Shown: positions 50,291 to 60,078, counted from the stretch's first letter. The stretch is DNA of 64,000 nucleotides from Candidatus Omnitrophota bacterium (GCA_022703585.1 JAKLDJ010000005.1:5353-69352); one strand, 5' to 3'. Notes: a model not told the origin generated them from the sequence alone. Made by a program: numbers and translations.

Positions 50291-51289
50291 TTAAATAAGA
50301 TTAAATTCTTTCTTTATTTCTTCGACTGAAAAAAACTTTCCGGAATTTTCAACCTCATGGACCATCTCAACGACCTTGCGGTTTAGCGGGACTTTAAGCC
50401 CGCTATGCTTCGCCAAAAGAACTATTTCGCCGTTAATATAATCGATCTCACTCACCTTTTTACGCAGAATGCTTTGTAAAATCGAGCCGTAGAGCGGCTC
50501 TTTGCTTAAAGTCGTCATTGTCTTGTTGATAATCCCCGCCGCTTGGTCAACCGGCATAGTTACCAGCCCCAGTATTCGCTCGACGGGGAAGTGCGGCAAA
50601 GAAACAAGCCCGACACCGACATTGTGCACAGCCTCAACGCCTTCTTTGAGCAATAAAACGCTCAAACGGCACAAATGCATATCCGCATAAGTTTCCTGCA
50701 TCGGCTTACCGGTTAACGCCGGCAGGCAGTTGTTGAAATTAACAAAAAGTTTCAGCCATTTCATGCCCATGATATCGGGCGCGATAACAACCGCGAATGC
50801 CTTGCGCACAATTTCATAAATGTCCGAAACGACATGATCATTCATTGAAAACGGTTTTCCGATAACCCAGTCACCCTCAAAGTTAAACGTCACTTCGCCG
50901 GGATTGGTGTAGGTTGCCCCAAACATAACAATGCTGGATACAATCTTTTCCTTTTCTAAATGCCCGCTTAAAATATTGTCCGCCTGAACACCGTTTTGGG
51001 TAGTCAGAATAATTGCATTATCCAGAAACTCGCAATTGTCCGTGTAAGCAGTCTCAAGGTCCTGGGTCTTAACCGTAAAAATAACCAAATCGTACTCGCG
51101 GTCAAGCCGCACCAAGCTGTTTAAATGAAAAACCTCCTCGCCTCGGACACCTTTAATACGCAAACCGCTGCTGCGGATCGCCTGCACCTGTTGCGGCTTA
51201 CCGATCAAGGCAACGTCTTCTCCTGCCTTGGATAAATACGCCGCCACCACCGACCCGATGGCCCCCGCTCCGATAACAGCAATTTTCAT
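50291..51289 (-). CDS. 2-dehydropantoate 2-reductase (ketopantoate reductase/ApbA) family oxidoreductase
   Basis: 332 aa; it has the N-terminal Rossmann motif MKIAVIGAGAIGS and an overall KPR-like length. Confidence 0.6.
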   Translation of the reverse strand: MKIAVIGAGAIGSVVAAYLSKAGEDVALIGKPQQVQAIRSSGLRIKGVRGEEVFHLNSLVRLDREYDLVIFTVKTQDLETAYTDNCEFLDNAIILTTQNGVQADNILSGHLEKEKIVSSIVMFGATYTNPGEVTFNFEGDWVIGKPFSMNDHVVSDIYEIVRKAFAVVIAPDIMGMKWLKLFVNFNNCLPALTGKPMQETYADMHLCRLSVLLLKEGVEAVHNVGVGLVSLPHFPVERILGLVTMPVDQAAGIINKTMTTLSKEPLYGSILQSILRKKVSEIDYINGEIVLLAKHSGLKVPLNRKVVEMVHEVENSGKFFSVEEIKKEFNLI

Positions 51290-51834
51290 TGCTCTTTTAA
51301 TTCCTTTTCTTTCTTGACCGCATAGTCTCTTAGCGCTGCCAAGATCATCTTAATATTGCTATCATGAAGCTTTTTAAATAAAACCGGCCACAAAATCTTG
51401 TTAACAATTCCCTGGATCTGACAGTCCATGTAATAATCAACCCGGGTGCCGTTCAACCGCTCATCAATCACCACCCACTCTTTGCCCTTAAACATGCCGT
51501 CCAAGAAGGTGCGCTCGATTTCGCGGTTCGGCACTAATTTTGTTACCTCGACTTTCCAATGAGGGCCTAGCGGCAGCAGCACTTTTTGCTCAAACTGCGT
51601 TCCCACACGCAATTCCCCCTCGGTCAGCCGGGTAAATTTCATCGCGCATTTTTTTGGCCACCAGGACGATTCACCCCAAAGGATAACCTCTGGCGCCACA
51701 ATGCTCTCCGGCACCTCGATAAAAACAAAATGATGATTGATGTTGTCGTGTTTTGTTTTTTTAAACATAAAAAATCTTTCCGGCTGCTCAATCTTACCTG
51801 GTCTCGTATTTCTTGTAATCAAATCCCGCATCAC
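51286..51834 (-). CDS. SRPBCC-like protein (possible polyketide cyclase/aromatase-type)
   Basis: 182 aa. It overlaps the downstream gene by 4 nt. The Bet v1-like assignment is by pattern only. Confidence 0.35.
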   Translation of the reverse strand: MMRDLITRNTRPGKIEQPERFFMFKKTKHDNINHHFVFIEVPESIVAPEVILWGESSWWPKKCAMKFTRLTEGELRVGTQFEQKVLLPLGPHWKVEVTKLVPNREIERTFLDGMFKGKEWVVIDERLNGTRVDYYMDCQIQGIVNKILWPVLFKKLHDSNIKMILAALRDYAVKKEKELKEQ

Positions 51835-52081
51835 CTAACAGCTTAACCATAAGGCTGTAAAACGCGATAGGCACTTCGGTAAAAAAAGCCCGCACGATAT
51901 CCTGCTCCTCGACGAGCTTGGCACTGCGTTCGCGGGCGTTGATCTCGGCTTTTTTGTAGACAACATTACGGGCAATATCCCGGTGAAAAAGCGGCAGCCG
52001 CGCAATAACATTTTCAAATTTCTTACGCGCCTCGCTATCCCAGGGAGATTGTTGGGAAGCATTTGCTTGCGTATTCGGCAT
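51794..52081 (-). CDS. PCP_red (protochlorophyllide reductase subunit-B C-terminal-like) domain protein
   Basis: 95 aa; WDSEARKKFENVIARLPLFHRDIARNVVYKKAEINARERSAKLVEEQDIVRAFF matches the W..EA...L..IP.F.R..AR...E..ARE consensus of the PCP_red domain. Confidence 0.55.
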   Translation of the reverse strand: MPNTQANASQQSPWDSEARKKFENVIARLPLFHRDIARNVVYKKAEINARERSAKLVEEQDIVRAFFTEVPIAFYSLMVKLLGDAGFDYKKYETR

Positions 52082-52122
52082 AAAAGAATTCCTTTCCTAT
52101 GGCTCAATAAAACTAATTCAAA

Positions 52123-53592
52123 TTATACGTACAGGTCTTTCTTGGTCGAGGTGGCCTCAAACTTTGATATATTACTCATAAAATCCTGCACGCAAAGTTT
52201 GGCTAAATTGTCATAATCGCTTTCCATAATCCGGTGAATGCGTTCAGGCTTTGAGTAAAATTCACGCATGCACCAGCTGCCCAAACGCCCCACGTCTTCT
52301 ATAGATAAATGTTTTGTGGGGATTACAGGATGAAGAAAATCCCATTCCTTAAGATTGATCTTGCGCGGATTGACCCAGCCGTTATCAATGGCCCTCTTCC
52401 AGAGAACCGAACCCGGGACCGGAGTCACGTAATCCAGCGCCAGGATATCCGGATCGATTTGGTCGGCGACATGCGCGCGCTCTTTAATAGATGCTTCGGT
52501 GTCGTTTTCCATGCCGATCAAAACCGTGCCCACCGTCGCGATATTGTTTTCGCGTAATTTATCGATTGTGGTTTTAATCTGCTGGAGCGTAACCTTCTTA
52601 CCGATTTTCTGTAATTCCGCGTCCGAGGACACCTCCACCCCCACCAAACCCATGAAAAGACCGGCCTTGGCCATTAAGGGATACAGGTCCAGTTGGTTCG
52701 TCCAGTCGTCGGCCCTCCCTAAACAAACCCATTTGATCTTGATGCCTCTTTTAATTTTTTCTTCGCAAAATTCTTTCATGACCTCACGGCTGACGTTAAA
52801 GGCATCATCTTGGATAACGACAACCTTAACACCGTATTTCTTTTCGAGCAATTCCAGCTCATCAACGATTCTTTGGGCCGAATGCCCGCGCCAGGAAGTA
52901 AAATCCTTTTTACTCGAACGCGGATCATACAGGCTCCATTCATAACAGAAATTGCATCCCCCCGGACATCCGCGTGACGTCATAAGTTCCGCAAACGGTT
53001 TCCAGTAAGTATGCCCGACGTAGCGGTCCATGGGAAATAAATCGTACGCCGGCATCGGCAGGACATCAATATTAGGAATAAGCGAACGATGCGGCCCGAC
53101 GACGACCTTTCCGCCTTCTCGCGAGGCCAAACCCGGAATATCCTTAAATTCCCGGGTTTTGTTTTTGTGATTTGAAATCAGATCCGCGAGAGTTAATTCT
53201 CCTTCGCCGATCAAAATATGGTCGATTTGAGGATAATCCTCCATGCATTCAACGTAAAATGCCGAATACCACAAGCCGCCCATAACCGTGATCGTCTTGG
53301 GTAAAACCTCTTTGATGCGCTTCGCGGTTTCATTAAAATGCCACAGGACCGCGAGACCGCCGGTCGAATGCAGCAGATCGCCAAAAACAGCAAAATCCGG
53401 CTTTATCTTTTTAACCTCGTCGATCATTTGATCGTAGGTCAAGTCAAGCGCCTTGGCATCCAGGACCGCAACTTCGGCCAGGCCTTTTTCTCTGATATAG
53501 GCCGCGAGCTGGGCATAGAATTGGTTAGCTGCTTTATGATTGCCGTGCGTTACCCATGAACCCATCGGTGGGGTAATAAATAAAACTTTCAT
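52123..53592 (-). CDS. B12-binding domain radical SAM enzyme
   Basis: 489 aa. The N-terminus is a cobalamin-binding Rossmann-like region. The radical SAM cluster motif is SRGCPGGCNFC (CxxxCxxC). Confidence 0.8.
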   Translation of the reverse strand: MKVLFITPPMGSWVTHGNHKAANQFYAQLAAYIREKGLAEVAVLDAKALDLTYDQMIDEVKKIKPDFAVFGDLLHSTGGLAVLWHFNETAKRIKEVLPKTITVMGGLWYSAFYVECMEDYPQIDHILIGEGELTLADLISNHKNKTREFKDIPGLASREGGKVVVGPHRSLIPNIDVLPMPAYDLFPMDRYVGHTYWKPFAELMTSRGCPGGCNFCYEWSLYDPRSSKKDFTSWRGHSAQRIVDELELLEKKYGVKVVVIQDDAFNVSREVMKEFCEEKIKRGIKIKWVCLGRADDWTNQLDLYPLMAKAGLFMGLVGVEVSSDAELQKIGKKVTLQQIKTTIDKLRENNIATVGTVLIGMENDTEASIKERAHVADQIDPDILALDYVTPVPGSVLWKRAIDNGWVNPRKINLKEWDFLHPVIPTKHLSIEDVGRLGSWCMREFYSKPERIHRIMESDYDNLAKLCVQDFMSNISKFEATSTKKDLYV

Positions 53593-53675
53593 CTTCGAGA
53601 ACTCCTTATCTGATTTTTAAAGATCGAAATAACCTTAGTCATGATAAAAATAATCGCTGCACGCGGGCTTTTTAG

Positions 53676-55154
53676 TCAAAACCAGCTGGCGGCCAACGGC
53701 ATGCCACCCGGGGTTTTATCGACGCAAACATGTTTCACTTGCGTGTATTCAAAGAGCCCTTCCAGGCCCAATTCCCGCCCCATGCCGCTTTGTTTATAAC
53801 CGCCAAACGGCGCCTCATTATAAAAACCGCCGTAGGTGTTTACCCAAACCGTCCCGGCCTTGATTTTCTTTGCCACACGGTTTGCTTTGTCTAAATCCCT
53901 GGACCAAACACATGCCGCGAGGCCAAATTTTGTATCGTTGGCGATTTTGACCGCCTCGTCTTCGCCGGAGAATTTGATAACAGCCAAGACCGGCCCAAAT
54001 ATTTCCTCCTGGGCAATCGCCATAGAATTATCAACGTCAGCAAAGATGGTCGGCTCGATGTAAAAACCTTTTTCTCTTCCCTGAACAACCGCGCGTTTCC
54101 CTCCGCACATCAATTTAGCCCCTTGCGCGGATCCTTTTTGTACAAAATTTAATACGTTTTGCAACTGTTGCTCATTGGCCAAGGGCCCAAAATCCGTCGA
54201 GTAATCGCGCGCATCGCCTACTTTTAACTTCTTGGTTCGCTCAACCAGGGCGAGCAAAAACTTATCATAAATTTTATCTTCCAGCAAAAGTCTGGAGCCG
54301 GCCGTGCACATTTGTCCCTGATTCATAAAAATAGCGGACATGGTACCGCCTAAGGCAGCGTCAAAATCACAATCGGCAAAAACGATGTTGGGCGATTTGC
54401 CGCCTAGTTCCAGAGTTAACTTTTTTGTATTCAGGGCGGCAAATCGCATGACCTCTTTGCCGGTTTCGGTGCCGCCGGTAAAACTGATCTTATCTACCAA
54501 GGTGCTGCTGATTAATTCAGCGGTTACATTGTGGTCACGGCTGGTAATAAAATTAAAAACGCCTTTAGGCAATCCGGTTTCGTTTATAATTTCCGCCAGC
54601 CGTGCCGTCGACACACTCGCCTGCGACGAAGGCTTAAAAATAACCGTGTTTCCGGCTATTAACGCCGGGGCTACCTTCCAGCCAAACATAATTAAAGGAT
54701 AATTCCAGGGGATAATACAACCGACCACCCCCACCGGCTCGCGCAGCAAAGTACTTTTAACCGGAGCGGCCACGTTAATTTCTTTTTCTAAATCTAAAGC
54801 AATATTGCCGAAATATTCAAATGTATCGGCGCAGGTGGGGACATCGATAAAGGTCGCGTGCTTTGTCGTCTTGCCGACGTCTAAAGTTTCCAATTCGGCT
54901 AATTCTTTTGAATATTCGCGGATTTTTTGCGCTATCGAAATTAAATATTTTCCCCGCTCTTTGACCGATAGCCGGGACCAGGCGCCGTGATCAAATGATG
55001 CACGCGCAACCTCAATCGCTGTCTTCATATCGGCAACCGTCGCATCGGCCACTTGTGCAAAGACTTCCCCGTCCGAAGGATTAACAGCATCAAAATATTT
55101 ATTGCTGCCGGATGCCTTTATTTCACCGTTAATAAACAGTTGATATTTTTTCAT
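53676..55154 (-). CDS. NAD(P)-dependent aldehyde dehydrogenase
   Basis: 492 aa; it has an ALDH glutamate region (LELGGKSP) and the catalytic Cys region (NQGQMCTAGSR). Confidence 0.85.
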   Translation of the reverse strand: MKKYQLFINGEIKASGSNKYFDAVNPSDGEVFAQVADATVADMKTAIEVARASFDHGAWSRLSVKERGKYLISIAQKIREYSKELAELETLDVGKTTKHATFIDVPTCADTFEYFGNIALDLEKEINVAAPVKSTLLREPVGVVGCIIPWNYPLIMFGWKVAPALIAGNTVIFKPSSQASVSTARLAEIINETGLPKGVFNFITSRDHNVTAELISSTLVDKISFTGGTETGKEVMRFAALNTKKLTLELGGKSPNIVFADCDFDAALGGTMSAIFMNQGQMCTAGSRLLLEDKIYDKFLLALVERTKKLKVGDARDYSTDFGPLANEQQLQNVLNFVQKGSAQGAKLMCGGKRAVVQGREKGFYIEPTIFADVDNSMAIAQEEIFGPVLAVIKFSGEDEAVKIANDTKFGLAACVWSRDLDKANRVAKKIKAGTVWVNTYGGFYNEAPFGGYKQSGMGRELGLEGLFEYTQVKHVCVDKTPGGMPLAASWF

Positions 55155-55157
55155 TAA

Positions 55158-56177
55158 TTATTCAATTCCTGCGTTGGTCCAAACTTCAAAAATCCGGCTG
55201 CAGGGCGCGTACCATTTTGAGATCCTGGCAAAATCGCCGCGCAGATTCATTTTCTTCTGCGTCGTCGCTACAAAGGGATCGATTTCGCGGTTAAATACAG
55301 CCCGCCACACACCCTCGGAAGCCGAAATCAGAAATTCGGCATTTTCGTCGCTGCCGGTTTTTATGATCCGTCCGTCTTTAAAACTAAAGCTGTATACCTG
55401 GCCGGTTTCGTTGAGCTTAACCGCCAAATCCATGGTCATTTGCGTCTTTTGGCCGAGTTCTTTAAGCGGTGCGTCATTATTGACAAGTTTTACAATTTCA
55501 TCCATCTGCTCTTTTGAAAAGAGTTTGTACTTCTTGGTTTGCGACCCCTGGCCCGTCGCCTGGTGACTGACGGCTGGTGACTGTTGACTGACGGCTGTTG
55601 ACTCCGCCTTATACAATCGGCTTATCACGTCAATCTTCACCGCCTCTTCAAGTCCCTGGATAAGCAGAAAACAGTCAAAAAGAGTGTTCCCCATCGCCAC
55701 AGCTCCGTGATTGCGTAAAACCATAATGCTATTTTTCTTAAGCGCCGCGATAACCGGAGCAACATCCGTGACTGACGGCGTATGCTGCTCGACCGATTCA
55801 ATCTTTCCCAAATAAAGCCTCGCCTCAAAGGTCGACGGTGTTAATTCGACATTGACACTATAAAATGCATTTGTATACGTTGTGTGAGTATGGATAATGG
55901 CTTTTGCATCGGGAAAATTATTATAGATTTCTGTATGTAGCGGTTTCTCGCTTGAAGGCTTACCCTCACCGATAACATTGCCTTTAAGGTCAAGCAGGAC
56001 AATCTCGTCCGCGCTTAATCTCCCCAGGCAGGTATTGCGCCCGGTTAAAAGAATTTTATCCCCATCAACGCGGCAGCTGATGTTGCCGTTTAAACCTGTT
56101 GCCAGATTCTTATCCCAGAGAAGTTTCCCGGCTTCGATCATGTCATTCTTTAATTGCAGAATTGATTTTTCGCTCAT
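55158..56177 (-). CDS. Class II aldolase/adducin-family protein (MtnB/fuculose-phosphate-aldolase-like) fused to a C-terminal SCP2-like domain
   Basis: The N-terminal half has the class II aldolase metal-binding HTH (AIIHTHTTY). The C-terminal ~110 aa is SCP2-like (DENAEFLISASEGVWRAVFNREIDPF...LRGDFARISKW). The likely start is Met 56177 (MSEKSILQ), overlapping the upstream stop as ATGA. Confidence 0.65.
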   Translation of the reverse strand: MSEKSILQLKNDMIEAGKLLWDKNLATGLNGNISCRVDGDKILLTGRNTCLGRLSADEIVLLDLKGNVIGEGKPSSEKPLHTEIYNNFPDAKAIIHTHTTYTNAFYSVNVELTPSTFEARLYLGKIESVEQHTPSVTDVAPVIAALKKNSIMVLRNHGAVAMGNTLFDCFLLIQGLEEAVKIDVISRLYKAESTAVSQQSPAVSHQATGQGSQTKKYKLFSKEQMDEIVKLVNNDAPLKELGQKTQMTMDLAVKLNETGQVYSFSFKDGRIIKTGSDENAEFLISASEGVWRAVFNREIDPFVATTQKKMNLRGDFARISKWYAPCSRIFEVWTNAGIE

Positions 56178-56656
56178 TGATAAATCCTCGTTATGTAAAC
56201 CTGCGGAACCCATTCGACCAAAGGAACGTATCCCTTAATTCCTTTGGGGGCTACCCGTGTACCGTTAAAGTACAATATCTCCTCACTTTTCCCCACCGAA
56301 ACAGTTTTACGGCGAGAAGTAACGAGATTAACCGCTACTTTGTGCCGCTTGGCCAAGACCGCCAAAATAAGAGATCCGATATCGCAGGTGGCGCCATTTT
56401 TATAACAAGCCTGACAACCGATCCAGACTTCTTTAACCAGACCTTTAAAAAACAGAAATCCCGCCATGTTATCCGCGATAACAACCGGTTTGATCTTTCG
56501 TTTGAGCAACTCTTGAGATAAAATCTTTGCCCCTTCCAGGCGCGGCCTCGACTCCAGGATAAAAACCGATTTAGCCCCCTTTTTCTTAAATTGATCCAAG
56601 AGAGAACCTTCCACAAGGCCGTGAACAAGAATAATCGATTTTTTCTTAATTAACAT
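56174..56656 (-). CDS. Truncated eIF-2B/MtnA (e2b2) family paralogue (C-terminal domain only)
   Basis: 160 aa. It matches the e2b2 C-domain pattern: VHGLVEGS...ILESRPRLEGAKILSQEL...VVIADNMAGFL...VWIGCQACYKNGATCDIGSLILAVLAKRH. Confidence 0.55.
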   Translation of the reverse strand: MLIKKKSIILVHGLVEGSLLDQFKKKGAKSVFILESRPRLEGAKILSQELLKRKIKPVVIADNMAGFLFFKGLVKEVWIGCQACYKNGATCDIGSLILAVLAKRHKVAVNLVTSRRKTVSVGKSEEILYFNGTRVAPKGIKGYVPLVEWVPQVYITRIYQ

Positions 56657-57626
56657 TGATCGCTATGGGTTGTGTGATCAGCTCATGGGGTACAACATCA
56701 AATCCGGGATAGAAACCTTCCACCCCTGGAGACACAACTTTCTTCCCGGAAAAACTCAGCAATTCTTCCGGGTCTCTTATTTCAATAGGGATATCCTCCC
56801 CACGCGCAATCTTTTTTGACGGCTGCGTCAGGGCATGAAAGGGAATACCAAACTCCTTAGCTAAAACCGCGATTTGGTAGGTCCCGATTTTATTGGCAAT
56901 ATCCCCATTGGCGCAGGAACGGTCAGAACCGACGATAACCCGGTTAATCTTGTTGCCGCGTAACAAAAGCCCGACCGCATTATCGGCGACCAAGGTCACA
57001 TCCGCCCCCGCCAACTTTAATTCCCAGCAGGTCAGCTTGGCCCCCTGAAAATAGGGACGGGTTTCGGTGGCAAAAAATCGCACCGTCTTTCTTTGCGCCT
57101 TGCATATCCGCGCCGCCATAGCCAGCTCACCGCTGACGTTGCAATGAGTCAGAATCGTCTCTTTATCCTGAATGACCGAGGCGATTTGTTCGACACGCTG
57201 TAATCGGCGAATCCTAATCCCCATTAAAAAACCGTTAATATTCTGGCAAAGGAATCCTACTAAATCTTTTTTCTGCGCTACCGCCTGATGCGCCCAGCCT
57301 ACAACCATAGCCGTCACTTCAGAAAAAGGAAATGTAGGCCGGCTGGCGTTTAAGGCTGTGGCGGTTTTTTGTAAAACTTTTAGCAATACTTTTGGGGAAC
57401 TCTTTTTATTTTTATCCAGTACCAGCAAAAACGTATTTAAAACCACCAAAAATTGCCCGAAGGCACGCGTCTTCATCTGGCGGATACATGCAACAGCCTG
57501 CTTGGTATTTCTTACCTTGACGTAGACTAGCCGCCCGGGCAAAAGGGTTTCATCAATGACCCAAAGGGTATTGCCCTTTAACTGCGCCGGCCAAAAGAGA
57601 GGAGATTCCCAAACCTTTTTTTGCAT
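56646..57626 (-). CDS. e2b2 family sugar-phosphate isomerase (methylthioribose-1-P / 5-deoxyribose-1-P isomerase-like, MtnA-like)
   Basis: 326 aa. It has ILTHCNVSGELAMAARI...ATETRPYFQGAKLTCWEL and the signature GSDRSCANGDIANKIGTYQIAVLAKEFGIPFH. Confidence 0.7.
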   Translation of the reverse strand: MQKKVWESPLFWPAQLKGNTLWVIDETLLPGRLVYVKVRNTKQAVACIRQMKTRAFGQFLVVLNTFLLVLDKNKKSSPKVLLKVLQKTATALNASRPTFPFSEVTAMVVGWAHQAVAQKKDLVGFLCQNINGFLMGIRIRRLQRVEQIASVIQDKETILTHCNVSGELAMAARICKAQRKTVRFFATETRPYFQGAKLTCWELKLAGADVTLVADNAVGLLLRGNKINRVIVGSDRSCANGDIANKIGTYQIAVLAKEFGIPFHALTQPSKKIARGEDIPIEIRDPEELLSFSGKKVVSPGVEGFYPGFDVVPHELITQPIAINVN

Positions 57627-57630
57627 CCGA

Positions 57631-58395
57631 TTACTTCCCTTCCAATTTCTTGATTAAATTAAGTGCAATGGAAATCATCGAGCCCTCAGCCATATAATAC
57701 ATCGGATTCATAAAGCCCATTTCTCCGGTCATAACATTGTCACTGACCGCTAAGATAACCGCCGCCCGCACCTTATACAGCTGGGCAATGGTTAGAAAAG
57801 TCGAGGTCACCATATCGACTGCGATCGCGCCTTTTTGTGCTGCCTTACCCACATGCTCGCGGGTCTCGCGCAAGATCGCATCCGTCGACCAGGCCTTGCC
57901 TTGATGAATAGTCTGTCCAGTTGCCTTGGCAACTTCTAAAAGAGATTCGGTTAAACCCTTGTCAGCCACCGTCTCAAATTTTTCATCCACATAGTACGGC
58001 GTAACCCCGTCGCCGCGTAACGCACTATCGGCAACAATCAAATCACCGACTTTAATATCTTCAGATAACGCGCCGCAACTGCCGATACGGATCATGCAAT
58101 TGGCCTGCGCATTACAAAGAATCTCAGTGGTAATAGCCGTATCCGCGGAAAAACGCCCGCCGTTAATCGCCGTCACCTTCGTGCCTTCGAAAGTTCCGGT
58201 GAACATCGAATATTCCATAAAGCTAAAATTCTTTATCGGATTCTCGATTTTCTTTAAAAGACTGTCCAACCGCTCTTTTGGGCCCGGAACAATAGCGTAT
58301 TTTCCGATATCGCTGGGCCGAAGCTGAACCATGCCCATCAGATCACGGCCGGTTAAATGAACATCTTTTTTCATAACATGAGGCGCGCTGGACAT
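57631..58395 (-). CDS. PNP_UDP_1 family nucleoside phosphorylase (purine/MTA/5'-deoxyadenosine phosphorylase-like)
   Basis: 254 aa; IRIGSCGAL resembles the GTCGA motif of DeoD/MtnN-type enzymes. The fold-family assignment is by pattern. Confidence 0.65.
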   Translation of the reverse strand: MSSAPHVMKKDVHLTGRDLMGMVQLRPSDIGKYAIVPGPKERLDSLLKKIENPIKNFSFMEYSMFTGTFEGTKVTAINGGRFSADTAITTEILCNAQANCMIRIGSCGALSEDIKVGDLIVADSALRGDGVTPYYVDEKFETVADKGLTESLLEVAKATGQTIHQGKAWSTDAILRETREHVGKAAQKGAIAVDMVTSTFLTIAQLYKVRAAVILAVSDNVMTGEMGFMNPMYYMAEGSMISIALNLIKKLEGK

Positions 58396-58419
58396 AGACT
58401 ATTTCCTTTCGCTTTGGTT

Positions 58420-59946
58420 TTAATTTTCTTTAACAGAATCTTTTTCGCTGATTTGCTTTAATAATTCTTTATCGATCTTTCCCACCCGGTTCTTAGCCAA
58501 GTCCTCGACGATCACGATCGAATGCGGTACCTTAAAATGCGCCAAATGCTCCCGCGCAAAATATCTTAGATCCTCCGCCGTCATGCTATCTTTTTGCTTC
58601 AAAACAACGAAGGCCTTAACCGCCTCCCCTCTTACCTTGTCCGGAACTCCGATCACCGCTACTTCGGCAACCGCCTCATGCTTGTGCAGTGCCGCCTCGA
58701 CTTCCGGCGCGTAAACAATTTGCCCGCCGACTTTAATCATCTCTTTCTTGCGCCCAACGATAAACAAAAACCCTTCCCCATCAAAACGACCCAAATCACC
58801 AGTATGAAACCAGCCATTACGTTTTAATTCATTGGTAGCTTCCGGGTCTTTATAATACCCTTCCATCACGGTCCAGCCACGGATGACAATTTCACCGATC
58901 TCGCCTGCGGCGACTTCGCGGTCATCTTCGTCAAAAATCTTAATCTCGCAGTGGGGTGATGGTTTGCCGACACTAGCGATTTTATCACTGCCCAGCGGTG
59001 TAACCGTGTTCGGCGGGCAGGTCTCAGTCATACCCCATCCGTTTAGGAAATGCGCGTTGGGGCAATACTGATGAAACCGTTTTAATATATCCGGCGAGCT
59101 CGGAGCGCCAAATACAACAATCCACCGCAAGGAAGATAGATTGAATTTCTCTATTTCTTTTAGCGATAAGAATGCCATGTACATCGCCGGGACAACATGA
59201 AAACAGGTAACTTTATACCGCTCGACATTACGCATAAATTCAATCGGATTAAAGCGGTCCATTAAAACTAAGGTGATGCCGAAGATAATACAGTTTTGAA
59301 CATAGATAAGCCCGGCAATATGGCTCAAAGGAAGAGCGCAAAGCTTTACATCTTTTTCTGTCAAATCCACAAAATATTCCATCGCCTTCGGCGAACCTTC
59401 GAGATGTTTGTAATTAAGCAAAATCCCCTTGGGCTTCCCGGTTGTGCCGGAGGTGTACATAATTAAGGAGAGATCACTATCGTTAACTTGCGCCTTCGGC
59501 GGTTGGGCGCTTGCCTTTGAGATAATTTCTTGATACGAAACCATCCCTGGCTCCTGCCCCTGAAGGAGAATCACCGTCTTAAGAGAAGAAACCGATTGCT
59601 TGATTAAAGAAAGCGCCAGGCCTTCTCGGGGCATGGCAATAAGATACTTCGTCTCCGAATGACTAAGGCAGGAAATAAGTTCATCTTCTTTGAGCATAAA
59701 ATCAAGAGGAACGCCCACCGCGCCCAGACAGAAAATCGCGAGATAGCTATAAATATATTCAGGGCAGTTCGGCAGATAAATCGCGACCTTATCGGATTTC
59801 TTAACACCGCAGTCAGCCAATGCATTGGCAAGCCGAAACACGTTCTCCTTAAGCCGGGAGAACGAAATTTCCGTTTCCTTGAAGACAATTGCCGTTTTTG
59901 ACGAGAAACGGTTTGACGTATCTTCTAGTAAATGCTTGATTTCCAT
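58420..59946 (-). CDS. AMP-dependent synthetase/ligase (acyl-CoA or acyl-ACP ligase)
   Basis: 508 aa. It has the AMP-binding motif MYTSGTTGKPKG, the GWGMTE motif, and the C-terminal GWFHTGDLGRFDGEGFLFIVGRKKEMIKVGG. Confidence 0.85.
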   Translation of the reverse strand: MEIKHLLEDTSNRFSSKTAIVFKETEISFSRLKENVFRLANALADCGVKKSDKVAIYLPNCPEYIYSYLAIFCLGAVGVPLDFMLKEDELISCLSHSETKYLIAMPREGLALSLIKQSVSSLKTVILLQGQEPGMVSYQEIISKASAQPPKAQVNDSDLSLIMYTSGTTGKPKGILLNYKHLEGSPKAMEYFVDLTEKDVKLCALPLSHIAGLIYVQNCIIFGITLVLMDRFNPIEFMRNVERYKVTCFHVVPAMYMAFLSLKEIEKFNLSSLRWIVVFGAPSSPDILKRFHQYCPNAHFLNGWGMTETCPPNTVTPLGSDKIASVGKPSPHCEIKIFDEDDREVAAGEIGEIVIRGWTVMEGYYKDPEATNELKRNGWFHTGDLGRFDGEGFLFIVGRKKEMIKVGGQIVYAPEVEAALHKHEAVAEVAVIGVPDKVRGEAVKAFVVLKQKDSMTAEDLRYFAREHLAHFKVPHSIVIVEDLAKNRVGKIDKELLKQISEKDSVKEN

Positions 59947-60078
59947 CGTTCCTCCAAATATAGTTAAATTTTACTAGTTAGATTTTATTACAGAAACGAG
60001 GTTTGTCAAGAAATTATTGAAAATTTTATTTAAAATAAAAACTGAAGGATTGACTTTCGAAGATGTGGATTACAGCAG

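Noticed and set aside
51983-52216. Alternative plus-strand ORFs across the biosynthetic cluster (e.g. 52309..52945, 53836..54063, 54340..54702)
   Set aside because: They are antisense to the radical SAM and ALDH genes, which have unambiguous motifs, so they are spurious.
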